From Haliotis rufescens (taxonomy: Eukaryota), in NCBI RefSeq assembly GCF_023055435.1, contig NW_025963857.1:27590001-27654000 (forward strand): a DNA stretch of 64,000 nt, written 5' to 3'. Position 1 is the first letter of the stretch. Each line of letters opens with the position of its first letter. Of this stretch, positions 1-13,521 are shown in pieces. A model generated the notes under the pieces. It made no database searches, was not told the origin of the DNA, and worked only from the letters and a program-made list of their open reading frames with translations. The position numbers and the translations under genes were made by a program.

Positions 1-729
1 AAATAACCCCCTCGGAGGTTGGTTTACTGACAGCACCTGTGTCTGTGTTAGATTCAGCTGCCGATTCGTAGACGTCGTACATGTCTGCCACAGACTCTGT
101 CGTCACTGCTTTCTCCACGAACTCTGCTTCCTGCTGGTACATCTGTTTGTCAATCTCCTGAGATTTGATGAATGCTTTCAGTTCTTGTATGTTTCTGTCA
201 GTTGATCGGTCGACCTGGTCCATCAGTTCCTTTTCCTTCTTCATCAGCACTTCTGTAGCAACCCTGTGTGTGTCTCTGATTTGTGTTTTCACGTTTTCTG
301 CATTTCGGGTCAACTCCTCAATCTGGGATTGTGCCATTGACATCACCTCAGCTGTAGATTTCACATTTCCCTTTAGTCGTCTAGTTTTTAGCAAAAGTTC
401 TTCTTTTACAAGTGGGTTCATATGTTCAATTGTATCAACATCGTTACATTTCCTATGTTTTATGCTACAACAGAGAGTACATATAGCTACTTTGCAGTCT
501 TTACAAAATAGTTCAATTCGTTTGTCTTTGTGTAATTTACACATTGGGTGAGGTGCTGATTTTCGTCTTCCTTGTGTTAGTAAATCAACTATTTCATGGT
601 CTCGTAGATTTGGCATTTTGTTGTGTAGCTTGAGGCATTCACCACAGAAGGCGTCATTGCAGACAGAGCACCAGGACGTGGCAGGGGTTGTCTTCCCGTC
701 GTGTCTGCAAACACTGCACAAGTCCATTT
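1..729 (-). CDS. TRIM-NHL-like gene copy A, large exon (B-box1, B-box2, coiled coil), truncated by the window edge
   Basis: Acceptor cttcag at 731-730 with matching phase 1. The frame MDLCSVCRHDGKTTPATSWCSVCNDAFCGECLKLH...CKLHKDKRIELFCKDC... stays open to position 1 and is very similar to ORF 11739..13355. Confidence 0.88.
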
Positions 730-880
730 CTGAAGATATGAAAATTAAACAATAAAATCATTGTTTATGATAAATAATGAGTCTCATTTGTGTTCAGGAA
801 TCTCAGTCATTTTAAATAAATGTAAAAGCTAAAACATAAGAACATGTTGAAGCGTCGTCATAAACCAGATGAATACTCAC

Positions 881-1172
881 TTGTAGAACTTTGTCCAAAA
901 TCGTCCATCATACTCTGTATAATGTGGTTTGGTTTCAGCTGACTGACCCACTCCTCTACTGGTCTAGCATGGTTGGTCACCTTCGTCAGCTGTCTACAGG
1001 AGGGACACGGGATGCATTTGTCTTGCATTGCTTTAGGCTGTGTTTTGGTGTATTTCAGTAGACATGTCTTACAGAATGTGTGACAACACTGAAGCGTGGC
1101 AGGGTCTGTGAACACCTCTGAACAGATGACACAGGTCAGGTAATTGTCTTCCAGCGTTTTAGCAGTCGCCAT
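881..1172 (-). CDS. TRIM-NHL-like gene copy A, RING-finger coding exon
   Basis: Encodes MATAKTLEDNYLTCVICSEVFTDPATLQCCHTFCKTC...CPSCR (C3HC4 RING). The ATG at 1172 directly follows an acceptor (ttttctctcag). The exon is 292 nt and ends at a GTGAGT donor at 880 (phase 1). Confidence 0.88.
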
Positions 1173-1414
1173 CTGAGAGAAAATATACATTGATACTAGG
1201 TTGCACAACAACATTGACACAATTTAAAGCCTATAATTTGCAGGGGAAGAAGATTAAAGAGAGGCCATTCGTTAGCTTTTAACAGATCAGTATATATCTA
1301 ATCATTGCATGCCAATAAGTACTTATTATAGTATATAGTAATTATTGCTAACGTATACTCATTACTTATTACCTGTCTGTATAAAGTTCATGAATTCGTG
1401 TATGCCTGCATATT

Positions 1415-1430
1415 CATAGGCGGATCCAGA

Positions 1431-1495
<65 letters not shown>

Positions 1496-1593
1496 TGAGG
1501 ACTCACCCCTTTTGAAAAGTTAATGTAGTATATTGTATGCAGTAAAATTATCTGAGAGATCCATCGAGTTTGAATGTGCTGGATCCGCCCTTG
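1415..1593. mobile_element. MITE-like element in the TRIM copy A upstream intron, containing a (GT)n microsatellite
   Basis: Terminal inverted repeats cataggcggatccag / ctggatccgcccttg. (GT)n lies at ~1433-1497. Only the right half survives in copy C (~13924-14033). Confidence 0.6.
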
Positions 1594-2091
1594 ATATTTG
1601 ATTAAAATTCATGTTACACAATAGAATCAGAGATGAGACAAAATTGTTTTTGCAAATTGTACAAATTGATGGTGGTCTCTATGAGTATCAGTTTCAGAAG
1701 GGACATAACTCCGTCCATCTTCTCGATGACCGCCTGTTACACGACAGAGATTACCACTGTCCTGTTCAATCGAGTTTTTGTGATGGATAAAATCAACATC
1801 TAATTGTATTTATTGCATTATTTATATATTTGTTTCTGTGGATATTTTTAGGGTACTAATTTCGAATGTAAACCAAAACCTAAGGTATAAATTAGGCAAC
1901 TTTCGCTATCAAATCTGTAAGGCTACTTTCGTTATCAATATCGGTTTGAATATGAAAGAATAACCTCTCCCTCAGAATATCAACATTATTTTAATTCGCT
2001 TAATGTTGTCTTCATATGTTTAACTGTTTTGATGTACAAATATACAAGTAGATATTTACTTATGCAGAGAATTACCTTCAGAGGTGATTAC

Positions 2092-2175
2092 CTTGACACA
2101 CACAGCGTCTCACTTCCTTGTTGGGACTTGACAACAAAGCTGGTCACGTGTATGTTTACCGTGGGTAGTCACGTG
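2092..2175 (-). promoter_or_regulatory. Putative non-coding first exon and promoter of TRIM copy A
   Basis: Minus-strand donor AAG|GTAATC at 2091 and CACGTG E-boxes at 2145 and 2170. The block is conserved in copy C (~14500-14600) and partly in copy B (~6780-6870). Confidence 0.4.
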
Positions 2176-4579
2176 ATTAATGTATACTACATTTGTTCCT
2201 TCGCGGTAGGACAGCCGACCAACTAATAAATCTTCAACAGTTGAATGGCGAGTCTTGAGGGTTATTCAACAACTCGCTGTTGACGAGGAAAGAATAAACC
2301 TAACCAAAAGTGATTTAATCATTGTTTAATTCAATAAACAGGTTCAAAGCGTACCCACGTTTTCTCATAACAATTTACGCAAGTTAGCTCCTTTCAAAAT
2401 ATTCCTAGTTTATGATGTTATCGGACATATTGTCATACAGCTACTTTGATGGATATATGTTTACAAACCGTGCATTAGGATGTACAAAAGTTATAAGCAT
2501 AGAGAAGTATAAGTTAAAATCCTCAAAAGTAAACCGTATTACATTTGACGCACTGACGTCACACACTAAAAGTACTATTTCAGGATTAAGGGTCACAGGT
2601 GTCACGGTGTCCGTCATTTGTCATTAATGCTTGCGACATTCCACCTGTCATTACAGATTAAACAAACATAACTGTCAATCAAGTTAAAGTCAACTGATTC
2701 ATGTTCATGTTAGTGAAACGGTAAATCATGGATTGCATGAGATGTCCAATCCGAATGGTATGGTACTGCCGGAGTGGCGGGCGACACACGGGACTCGGGA
2801 CACACGACAAAACATTTTCCATAAACATACAAATTTCTCTGTGCAGTTTTAAAACTTAAACTGTCATGTTATTGTTTTACGTAACACCAGTCAAGATTGT
2901 ATTATGATTCTTAAGTTTTGTTATTATGATGCATCTTCTTCGCAGAATAATTCCAAAATACATACAATTGAGGGCAAACTAGCAGAGGACAATTTTGAAA
3001 GTTTCCTTCTATGAACTGCATTCTATGAACTTGTCTTACAAAATTATGAACGACCTCACTCATTAATTATTTCCGGACACACACCCTTATTATCTGGTCG
3101 TCGCCTCTTTGGTATTCCAACATGTGAAACAAAAAGAGCTTCTACGTCATTTATCTCAATCAGTATCCCAATTTTAAACAATTCCCTGAAAAAGGACTTT
3201 TGTAGTTGACTATTGTTGCCCTTATTTTTCAAAATATTTTTGTTTGTTCGTTCGTATCCCTGTTTTTTCGGTGTCTGTCTATTATTTATATATTTATTAA
3301 CCTACTCATTTAGAAAAAATGGCTGAGGTGAAATGGATGTTATCGTCGCGGTTAAGATTATTGCACAATGGCGACTTTAATGCTCGTGTATGTGTGCATG
3401 CGCGCGTGTGTCTATGTCTGCGTGTTCTAGCCAGGACCCGCCGTGATATTGCTTGAATATTGCTAAAAGCGGCTTAAAACCATACTCACTCACTCATATA
3501 CAGCGAGCCAATAAGCCGGCGTCAGTAGCATTGGGAAAAGTATTTCATCTGCCAATGAACCAAATAGAGAAATCATTAAGTACTCATTTTCATACTAACA
3601 GCATCACCAGTGTTATATGGCGATAATCACAGGGGATATGTTACATGGCGATTTGAAGAAGATATATATGCTGTTTATATTAGGCCATTCATCCGACAAG
3701 GAATACAGAAATATTCTTCAGCCTTGTTTGCAACAGTAACGAAGATGTAATAAATATTTGTCTCCCTTGCACTTGGGATAAGTAAATTATTAAACAAATT
3801 ATTCAATAACAGTAATCTCCATAAATCAAAGCATACCAATTCCAACATTAACCACCTCACTCAGATTAATACGATAATACAAGAGCACCTCTTTTTACTG
3901 CAGAAATAGTAATTGTTTTAAAACAATTTCACATTGAAATATTAAACATTAATACAAGAGAGTACTCACTCTCGATCATCTGGGGACATAAATTCTTTTG
4001 GGTGTAACAGGCACAATAGTGGTGAAAACATTAATGTGAGAGTAATATTGTCTTTGAAGTGCTGCTCAACTCAGATACCATTGCTGAAGATTTAACATGG
4101 ATACACCTCTCAGACACAGAATACTGACACCGAGGAATGGACCACCGACGTTCCGTTATCCGGGCAGGCAAGAATTATGAGATTATATAAACGACACTTC
4201 TAGAACATAAAATTCAACATTTTACCTTTATGAAACACATTCACGTGAGATGTTGTAACAAACTGTTTATGCTCAGTATCCGACTCAAATAGAGAGGGAA
4301 TGAGATATTATTCTGATCTGGTACATGCTCGGCTTGAAGGAAAAAACAAAATTACCATACATTTAGAAAGAACAATTGTCAGTTTTCCCCTAGGTACAAC
4401 ACGACTGCCTTAAGCATGTGCTTCTTTCATGTTTTGCAGACTGTGTATGCTGTGACCCTGTCCCTGGGGGCTTCCTTGCTTCAACTTCATTCCCAGGTCC
4501 ATTGAGTGGACCAACATTGTTATCCATGCCATTCAATTCTATTCAGGCTTTAATTGTGGTGATTATTGACATTATCCTA

Positions 4580-6460
4580 TTAGGTGAATTTGAACACTTT
4601 CAAATCTTTGAAACAGGCGACATACAGCAAGCGGTCGCTGTCCAGACAGATACCACGAGGATATCGCAGGCCACCCCGATCTGTGAGAACGTCTGTCACC
4701 AACTGCCCCGACCCAGTCAGCTGAATCACTTTGTTGGACCCGTTGTCTACAGGCAGGATGTTTCCTTTGCTGGTTGTTGCGATACCTTGAGGGCATTTCA
4801 GAGCTCTGTCTCCTGTGGGAGTGTAGGTGAAAACAGCTTCTCCATCACGGGTCACACATACAAGGGAGGCAACTCCCCCGGCACTAACTAACACATGTTC
4901 TGTGTGATCACGTGCCATTGGTACGATACCCGTGTTGATAGACTTCAGTACATTGCCTGACATATCCAGAATATCCAGAGAGTGTTCGACTTCGCAATTA
5001 CTCGCCAGTAGTTGTGACTGATTCAGGCATGCTAGGGCCAAGTGTTTGTGCTTCGTTGTCATAGCTGACAGCAGTACAGGATCAGGGTTGAAGCTAACCA
5101 TAGCTATCATTTTCTTGTTTCGGACGGTAACAGAAACCTGGCTTTCCCGTACCTTAGCTAATAGAAAAGGAGGTCCCGATAAAGTTAGACATTTGTGTCG
5201 GAGCTTTGACTTTAAACCATAACCTGAATCTCTCACGACATTGACCTTTTCAGAAGCAATGGTCAGCACTGTGAAGTTGTTAATATCTGCCTGACAGTGA
5301 ACTATGTGATACAGACGAGGTGAAGACGTCCTGTCACTTATATCCTTTTCTATTTCAATATTGCCTAGCTGTAATCCTACACATATGCTCTCACTTTGTC
5401 CATGTTGGGTGTAAAAACAACCATCTCGGAGGTTGGTGTACTGACAGCATCTGTGTCTGTGTCTGTTTTAGATTCAGCTGCTGCCAACTCGTAGACGTCA
5501 TACAAGTCTACCACAGACTCTGTTGTCACAGCTTTCTCCACAAACTCTGCTTCCTGCTGGTACATCTGTTGGTCAATCTCCTGTATGTTTCTGTCAGTTG
5601 ATCGGTGGACCAGGTCCATCAGTTCCTTTTCCTTCTTCAAAATCACTTCTGTAGCAACCCTGTGTGTCTCTCTGATTTGTGTTTTCATATTTTCCGCATT
5701 TCGTTTCAACACCTCAATCTGGGATTGTGCCATTGACATCATCTCCGCTGTAGATTCCACATTTTCCTTTAATTGTCTAGTGTTTTTTTGCAATAGTTTC
5801 TCTTTTACAAAGGGGTTCATTTGTTCAATTGTAGGAACATTACATCATTTCTTGTGTTTTATGCTACAACAGTCAGCACATATAGCTACTTTGCAACCGT
5901 TACAAAAAAGTTCAATTCATTTTTCATTATGCAATTTACAAATTGATTTTCGTGTAAGTAAATCAACTATTTCATGGTCTCGTAGATGTGACATTTTGTT
6001 GCGTAGCTGGAGGCATTCGCCAGAGAAGGTGTCATTACAGACAGAACACCAGGATGTTGCAGGCGTCATCTTTCCGTTCTGTCTGCAAACACTGCATGTG
6101 TCCATTTCTGAAGACTTGATTTTGTTTAAGAGTTAAAGCATTTTATATCGAATATTAATTAACGAAACTATATAATTTTCAGTAACTCTAAGCTCTAAAA
6201 CATACGAATGTGTTTATGCCATAAAAGATATGCCTACTCACTTGAGTCCATCAGACTTCGTATGACGTGACTTGGTTTCAGCTGACTGACCCACTCCCCT
6301 ACAGGACAGTCAGGGTTGGTCACCTTCGTCAGCTGTCTACAGGAGGGTCATGGGATGGTCTTGTCTTGTATTGCTCCAGGCTGTGTTTTGGTGTATTTCA
6401 GCAGACAGGTCTTATAGAATGTGTGATTGCACTGAAGTGTGACAGGGTGAAGGGATTTAA
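4580..6460 (-). pseudogene. TRIM-NHL-like pseudogene (copy B)
   Basis: Colinear with copy C but disabled. The RING 5' part is lost and a Cys codon is replaced by TGA (6348-6350). There is CGA>TGA at 5917, GAG>TAG at 5377 followed by a -1 frameshift, and several in-frame deletions. The NHL portion is still open at 4580..5269. Confidence 0.88.
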
Positions 6461-8644
6461 CACCGTCAATACTCTCGATGGCTGAAATATTTGTCTTAAT
6501 CAAAACCAACATCCACCCTGTATACACTGCATTCTTTGTGTATTGGATTCTGTGGATATTATTAGGCAACGAAATGTCTGGTGCCAAACCATATGCCTGA
6601 AGGCTACTTTCACTATCAAAACCTGTAAAGCTGCTTTCGCTGTCAAAATCTGTTTCAATTTGAGAGACTAGCCCCTCCTTTAGAATATCAACATTATTCT
6701 AATTCGCTTACTGCTGTCTTCATATGTTTTAACTGGTTTGATGTAAATATACAAGTAGATAGTTACTAATACACAGACTATTACCTTTACAGGTCATGAA
6801 CTGGAGACACACTACACATGGCGTAACATCCTTGTAGTGACTTCACAATAAAGCTGTTCACGTGTATGCTGCTGCGGGTAAACACTCGATCAATATGTAC
6901 TGCATTATGTTTGTTTGTGGTAAGAGGGGTGATTAAATGAATATTCATCTGTCGACGATGGGAATCAATAAAGAAAAACCTGATGTTGTGTTTCACAAGG
7001 ATGTATGATTTCACCGTAACTGTTTTATATGTACATAGATGAAATGTTATTAAGAGTGATGACACTCATGGTATCTTCATTGATTGTGATATTAATGTTA
7101 CATGTAGCAATTTCTTGCTGATTCTATCATAAAGAAAGAATTAACAGTGAATATTAATAAAAATAACCTCATGGTATTAAAAAATTAAGGATATCTATCA
7201 CAACACGAAAAACTGTTTATCGATGGTGAACAGATTGAAGTACTTTAAATATCTTGGTATTTTAACTTCATATAGAAATAAATTTACATAAGAATGTGTT
7301 ACTTTAACTAAACAGGCAAACACGATATATCAGATAGCTACGCAAAGAATTAATCGCAAAGAACAACGAAGAACGAAGCGTGGTTTCTTTCACGACAAAA
7401 CATTGTCCTATCATGACGTAATTTCTGGAGATTCAAATATGCGCTCGCAACTTGAAGACGACGTAAAATTTGAGAGGGAAGTGTCTAGTTAGTTGTTCCC
7501 AACAGATGTAGCTGGGCAACGTAGATAAACGCAATGGCAACGATGGCACCCCAAAAGTGGGAGAGATATACAGATAATCGACGTGAATATTGTGAGCATA
7601 TGCGGGAAAGACCAAATTTACACATATCCCCTTTTCAGAAAATGGGCTTGGTCGACATTGCCGCTGTCGGATGCTATTCGGGGTGTCATCATTATTTAAA
7701 TACGGCTAAATATGTTGAAAGCGTGTATTTTTTACTAACATTCAGAAAGAGGATGTAGGATTGTGACATACATTGATTCCTGTTTCTACAGTCTTGGAGA
7801 AACCAGCTTTACAAATTCTCACCAAGCAACCTTGAACAAGGGAAATAGTTCTATGAAGCAACTCTTACATGTCACTTAAAGAAGGCATTCTATGTTATTT
7901 GTATTTTATTTACACACTCTTTCATTAGCCCTTGACATTTATGTATTTTGAATTTATGATTTTACAAGAACATACACTGCTGTATTATGTAAGTGTCCTG
8001 TGGAACAACAGACGTGATGGTAAAGATGCAACACTGATATGTAGTTGTTGTTATCATAGGTTGCAAATAAGGGGCATGGGTGGTCAATTCGTATACGTGA
8101 CCGCATTTCGTGTAGAGTTGCGTTCCTTAGGGGACCCTGGATCCAATGATCGTGAGTTCTATTCCAAGATAAACCCTATTCATGAGCCTAGTATATTAGG
8201 TCTTTGAGACCCACACCCGTACCTTTAGGTTCCAACAATGGTTAAAGACTTTCCTCTCGCTGATACATCGTCATGGAACTGAAATACGACACACTCAGTA
8301 TTTATTTAGAAGTAACACTATGCTCACTCGTCACTCATTTGTCAACACCATACCGTGCCATTAAAGTGGTAAACGTCTATGATGCCCTTCCACTTTAAGC
8401 TAACACGCTGTGATAGAACTGATAAACTATTCAAAACAGCCGTTAATGTGATTTGTTTGCTGTTTCCCATCACTGCTATTCAATTGACTATGGTTGAACT
8501 CCATGGATCGATTTACCATAGAGAGCAACTAAAATTCCAAATGTTTTCTTCTTGTTTTCCTGATTTCAAAGTTTTGGAATTTGATGTATGAATGTGTCAC
8601 TACTTTTCGATATTTCACAATTATTTCACGCTCATTTCCACCAT

Positions 8645-8810
8645 GGGGGCGGTCGGGTAGCCTGGTGGTTTAAGTGTTCACTCGTCACGCCGAAGACCCG
8701 GTATTCGAATCCCGACATGGGTACAATGTGTGAAGCCCATTTCTGATGTCCCCCGCCGTGATATTGTTCGAATATTGCTAAAAGCGGGGTAAAACCATAC
8801 TCACTCACTC
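8645..8810 (+). mobile_element. SINE family 1 (tRNA-Asp-like head, (ACTC)n tail)
   Basis: A/B-box head tagcctggtggtt...gtcacgccgaagacc...ttcgaatccc and tail gcggggtaaaaccatactcactcactc. Imperfect TSD atttccaccatg / atttcaaccatg. Confidence 0.85.
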
Positions 8811-9394
8811 ATTTCAACCATGCAATAGATATCCCGATTTATCACACACTTGAACCATGGTCCACCAACTATTATAATGAAAGAACCACCAAAACAACGA
8901 TCATATCTTTGACTCCCAAGGGTACGTGATAGCCCTGTGACATGAGACGACGTGATTTGATGAGCAGCTATGCGCCCCTTGATCAGCATCCGCTGGCCTT
9001 TGGGTCGAATCCCAGATTCCAGAGTATGAGCGTCTGTCGACATCAAACGTATGAACGTGGGTTCCACCAAAATGGTAAACTTCTTTGACCTGCTTTACCC
9101 GTCCTGACACATCAAGCGGATACTGCTGAACGTTGGGTAAAGTCAGTCCTTCACCCCCAAAATATCAACAGTTTACAGTTTATCGTTGAAGTAAACATGA
9201 CATGTCCAAGAAGCCAGAAACACTACGTGTGTGTATCTGCAGTAATTTATGTGTCCGAAGGTGACATCATATATTCAAACTTTAATCATGGCACTTAATA
9301 TGTTTCTGTTTAATGCCTCGCACAACAATATTGCAGCAATATGACGACAGCAATATGACGAATCTGGATCAGCCATAGCAGTAATTGATAATAT

Positions 9395-9559
9395 GAGTGA
9401 GTGAGTATGGTTATACGCCGCTTTAAGCAACATTTCAGCAATATCCCGGCGAGGGGACACCGGAAAAGGGCTTCACACATTGCACCCATGTCGGGAATCG
9501 AACCTGGGTCTTCGGCGTGACGAGCGAATGCTTTAAACACTAGGCTACCCGACCGCCCG
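9395..9559 (-). mobile_element. SINE family 1
   Basis: Reverse complement of the same ~165-bp consensus. Confidence 0.85.
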
Positions 9560-10484
9560 AATTGTTATGAGCAACGTCTCACGCTTTTCACCTGGTGTCA
9601 CTGATTTTCAGTGATCCACTTTGCATTTTACATCCGATGGAATCTGTTTCAGCAGATTATTCTCTGGCATTGAGTGTAATATTTCCTAAGGCCGTGAATG
9701 TTCTTACCCTTATCAAACAACCTTTGAGTAAGAGTCGGATGACGATCTTTGAAGCTTATGCAACACAACATATTGAATTAACTATGTTTCATTTACATTT
9801 TCAATTTTGTCAAACAAGCAAATAAATAAACATTAACGATTATAGCAATGCATCAATGTGTGATGCAATTGAACTCACGAACGAACTTACGTGTCAGATA
9901 GATTTCCTAACATTTTACAAGTTATCTGTCGATATGCGTTTGAAAATTATTGCCGACATCACATTTTGTACAGGCGACAAGTTACTGATTTATAAATCTT
10001 TAACATTTGTTTCAGAGAGTGAAATTAATTAATTTTTTTCCTGATCTCACTTGTTTCTATCTGTCTAAAGGCAAATGTGACATGAAGTCCCACATCAGAG
10101 CTGTGTGAGGTGTGGCAGACGCCGCCGCCTAAATTAAAGTTTTATTGAGACTCAGAGTACAGTTAATACAAACAGCGGTTACATCTCGTGCGTAAACCTC
10201 GATCTCTTAACGTCACTCGAACTGGCATATGGGTGTTGTACGCAATATTTGTTCCAGAGTGCAATGTGCTTCTCAAGTCATGATATGAATTTCTTTTGTG
10301 CAGAATATATATAAAAATATATGAAAAGTGTAAACGTTGCTGTTAAGAAAGCATGGGTCAATTTGGAAAGTCTTTCTTCCTTAAATGAGCGGTATACACT
10401 GAAATTGGCTGACACAGTTACTGACGATCCAACTCATGTCCTTAAATCCGAATACACAATCTTACTATCTGGCCAACGCTATCA

Positions 10485-10649
10485 GTGAGTGAGTATGGTT
10501 TTACCCCGCTTTTAGCAATATTCCAGCAAAATCACGGCGGGGGACACCAGAAATGGGCTTCACACATTGTACCCATGTCGGGAATCGAACCCGGGTCTTC
10601 GGCGTGACGAGCGAACACTTTAACCACTAGGCTACCCCGACCGCCCCCG
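10485..10649 (-). mobile_element. SINE family 1
   Basis: Near-consensus copy with a perfect 9-bp TSD acgctatca (10476-10484, 10650-10658). Confidence 0.9.
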
Positions 10650-11738
10650 ACGCTATCAAATTCCACAATGTGAAAACAGCTTGTACATCATGGACAGCAT
10701 ATCAAACAACATTCGCCTCTTTAAGCAATATCTGAAAACGATTATATCTTGTTGGACATTGTTCCTCGTGTATGCCTATTGATGTAATTATCTACTCAAT
10801 TAGCAATGTAGACTTTATGATAAGTAGAATATAATTAGTTTTTGTCCATTTATTTAATGTTTCCTGATGTTTTAGCTCGAGAATACAAAAATAATTCCTT
10901 CAAAGGTATTATAATATTTTCTGTTGTCGATCACGTATCGGTGAGTTGTGAAAACATGTTATCTTTTCGTGGTTACTGGTACAAGGGAGGCTACTCCCCA
11001 GTCACTAACACGTTGTTCTGAGTCATTTTCGAACGAATGGCTACCTTGGATTTTGCTTACGTCTATAAACAGCTTGATGTCTGGAATTCCCTCGCGGAAT
11101 GCCGTTCGAGTTTTTCAAGCGACTCGTAAAAGATACATATATTTTTTTTTTAATTGGGTGAACAAAAAAACTTACTTTTTGAATTTTTGTTTTTTTCATT
11201 CAATCATTATAAAGTCAAACTCAGACTCAGACACATTATACTGACAACGAGGGAGATTGAACCACCGACCTTCTAATCTCTGGGCAGACGAGGCTTATAA
11301 GGTTATAAAAAGCACATGTTTTTGTAACCAAAATAATAATTCCAAATTTTAGCTTTGTCTTGTACATATACATTCACGTTACAGTGATAAATAATTTGAA
11401 ATGACAGCAACAAACTATATATGCTCCAAATTTGTAGGTCAAAGACTCAAATACAGAGGGTGTTAGATATCATTCTGATGTGATGCTTGATCAGGTTCAG
11501 GTAAGGAACAGAATCACAATAGTTTTAGAAACAAGAGCTGTCAGCTCTGTACAACACGACTGCCTTCAGCATTTGCGTCTTTCATGCTTGCAGACTGAAT
11601 CCTGTGGCCCTGTCCCGGTAGGCTTCCTTGCTTCATCTTCATCCATGCATTATTCTCAGGTCCACTGAGTGGTCCAACATTGTTATCTATGCCATTCGAG
11701 TCTATCAGGTTTTAATTGTGATGGTTAATGACATTATC

Positions 11739-13357
11739 CTATTGGGTGAATTTGAACACTTTCACATTATTGAGACAGGAGACATACAGCAAGCCGTCGC
11801 TGTCCAGACAGATACCAGAAGGACATTGCAGGCCCTCCTGATCTGTGAGAACATCCCTCACAAACTGCCCCGACTCTGTCAGCTGAATCACCTTGCGGGA
11901 GTCCCAGTCTGCAAGTAGGATGTCTCCTGTACTGGTTGTTGCGATACCATGAGGATATCTCAGAGCCCTGTCTCCTGTGGGAGTGTAGGTGAAAACAGCT
12001 TCTCCTTCACCGGTCACACATACAAGGGAGGCCACTCCTCCGGCACTAACTAACACATTATTCCCTCTGGTGACATGGATGAAATCTGCAAGCGGTACGA
12101 TACCCGTGTTGACAGACTTCAGTACATTGCCTGACATATCCAGAATATCCAGAGAGTGTTTGACTTCGCTGTTACTCGCTAGTAGTTGTGACTGACTCAA
12201 GAATGCTAGGGCCAAGTGTTTGTGCTTCGTTGTCATGGTTGACAGCAGTACAGGGTCAGGGTTGAAGCCAATCATCGCTATCATCTTCTTGTCAGGGACA
12301 CTAACAGCAACCTGGCTGTCACTCATCTTAGCTAATCGATATGGTTTACATGATAGAGTTAGACATTTGTGGTGTGGTTTTGATTTTAAACCATAAAATG
12401 CCTTAACATTATTACCAGAATCTGTTATAACAATGACCTTTTCACAAGCAACTGTCAACACTGTGACATCTCTAACAAAATTAAGCACATTCTCTGTGTG
12501 ACAGTCAACTGTGTGATACAGACGAGGTGAAGACGTCCTGTCACTTACATCCTTCACTATGTCAATATGGCCCAGCTGTATATCCTCCACAGATGCTCTC
12601 ACCTCGTCCATGTCATGTGTGAAAATAACCCTCTCGGAGGTTGGTCTACTGACAGCATCTGTGTCTGTGTCTGTGTTAGATTCCGCTGCCGACTCGTAGA
12701 CGTCGTACATGTCTGCCACAGACTCTGTCGTCACAGCTTTCTCCACAAACTCTGCTTCCTGCTGGTACATCTGTTGGTCAATCTCCTGAGATTTGATGAA
12801 TGCTTTCAGTTCTTGTATGTTTCTGTCAGTTGATCGGTCGACCTGGTCCATCAGTTCCTTTTTCTTCTTCATCAGCACTTCTGTAGCAGCCCTGTGGGTG
12901 TCTCTGATTTGTGTTTTCACGTTTTCCGCATTTCGGGTCAACTCCTTAATCTGGGATTGTGCCATTGACATCACCCTAGCTGTAGATTTCACATTTCCCT
13001 TTAATCGTCTAGTTTTTTGCAAAAGTTCTTCTTTTACAAGTGGGTTCATGTGTTCAATTGTATCAACATCATCACATTTCCTGTGTTTTATGCTACAACA
13101 GAGAGTACATAGAGCTACTTTGCAATCTTTACAAAATAGTTCAATTCGTTTGTCTTTGTGTAATTTACACATTGGATGAGGTGCTGATTTTCTTCTTCCT
13201 TGTGTTAGTAAATCAACTATTTCATGGTCTCGTAGATTTGGCATTTTGTTGTGTAGCTTGAGGCATTCACTACAGAAGGCGTCATTGCAGACAGAGCACC
13301 AGGACGTGGCAGGGGTTGTTTTCCCGTCGTGTCTGCAAACATTGCACGAGTCCATTT
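11739..13357 (-). CDS. TRIM-NHL-like gene copy C, large exon (B-box1, B-box2, coiled coil, NHL beta-propeller)
   Basis: 538-aa ORF with two B-boxes, a coiled coil and NHL repeats (YPHGIATTSTGDILLAD..., CPSGICLDSDGLLYVSC). Acceptor at 13359-13358. Confidence 0.9.
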
Positions 13358-13521
13358 CTGAAGATTAATGAAATCCATTTATGAAATTAAACAGTAAAAT
13401 CATTGTTTGTGATTAATAATGAGTACCTTTTGTGTTCAGGAATCTCATTCATTTAAATAAATGTAAAAGTTAAAACATAAGAACATGATGATGCGTCGTC
13501 ATAAACCAGATGAATACTCAC

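Noticed and set aside
8645-8720. tRNA-like sequences at SINE heads (also 42371, 53860, 58010, ~55058)
   Set aside because: They lack an intact acceptor stem, carry LINE-type tails, and most have TSDs. These are SINEs, not tRNA genes.
8901-9110. ORF containing FGGTHVHTFD, resembling a VWD start (GDPH..TFDG) or the C1qDC2 GGTHVH
   Set aside because: Only a short motif match with no further domain features or clear exon borders.
165-13179. Plus-strand ORFs 165..551, 4418..4891, 5585..6136 and 12793..13179
   Set aside because: They are antisense shadows of the TRIM-NHL coding sequence and recur only because the gene is duplicated.
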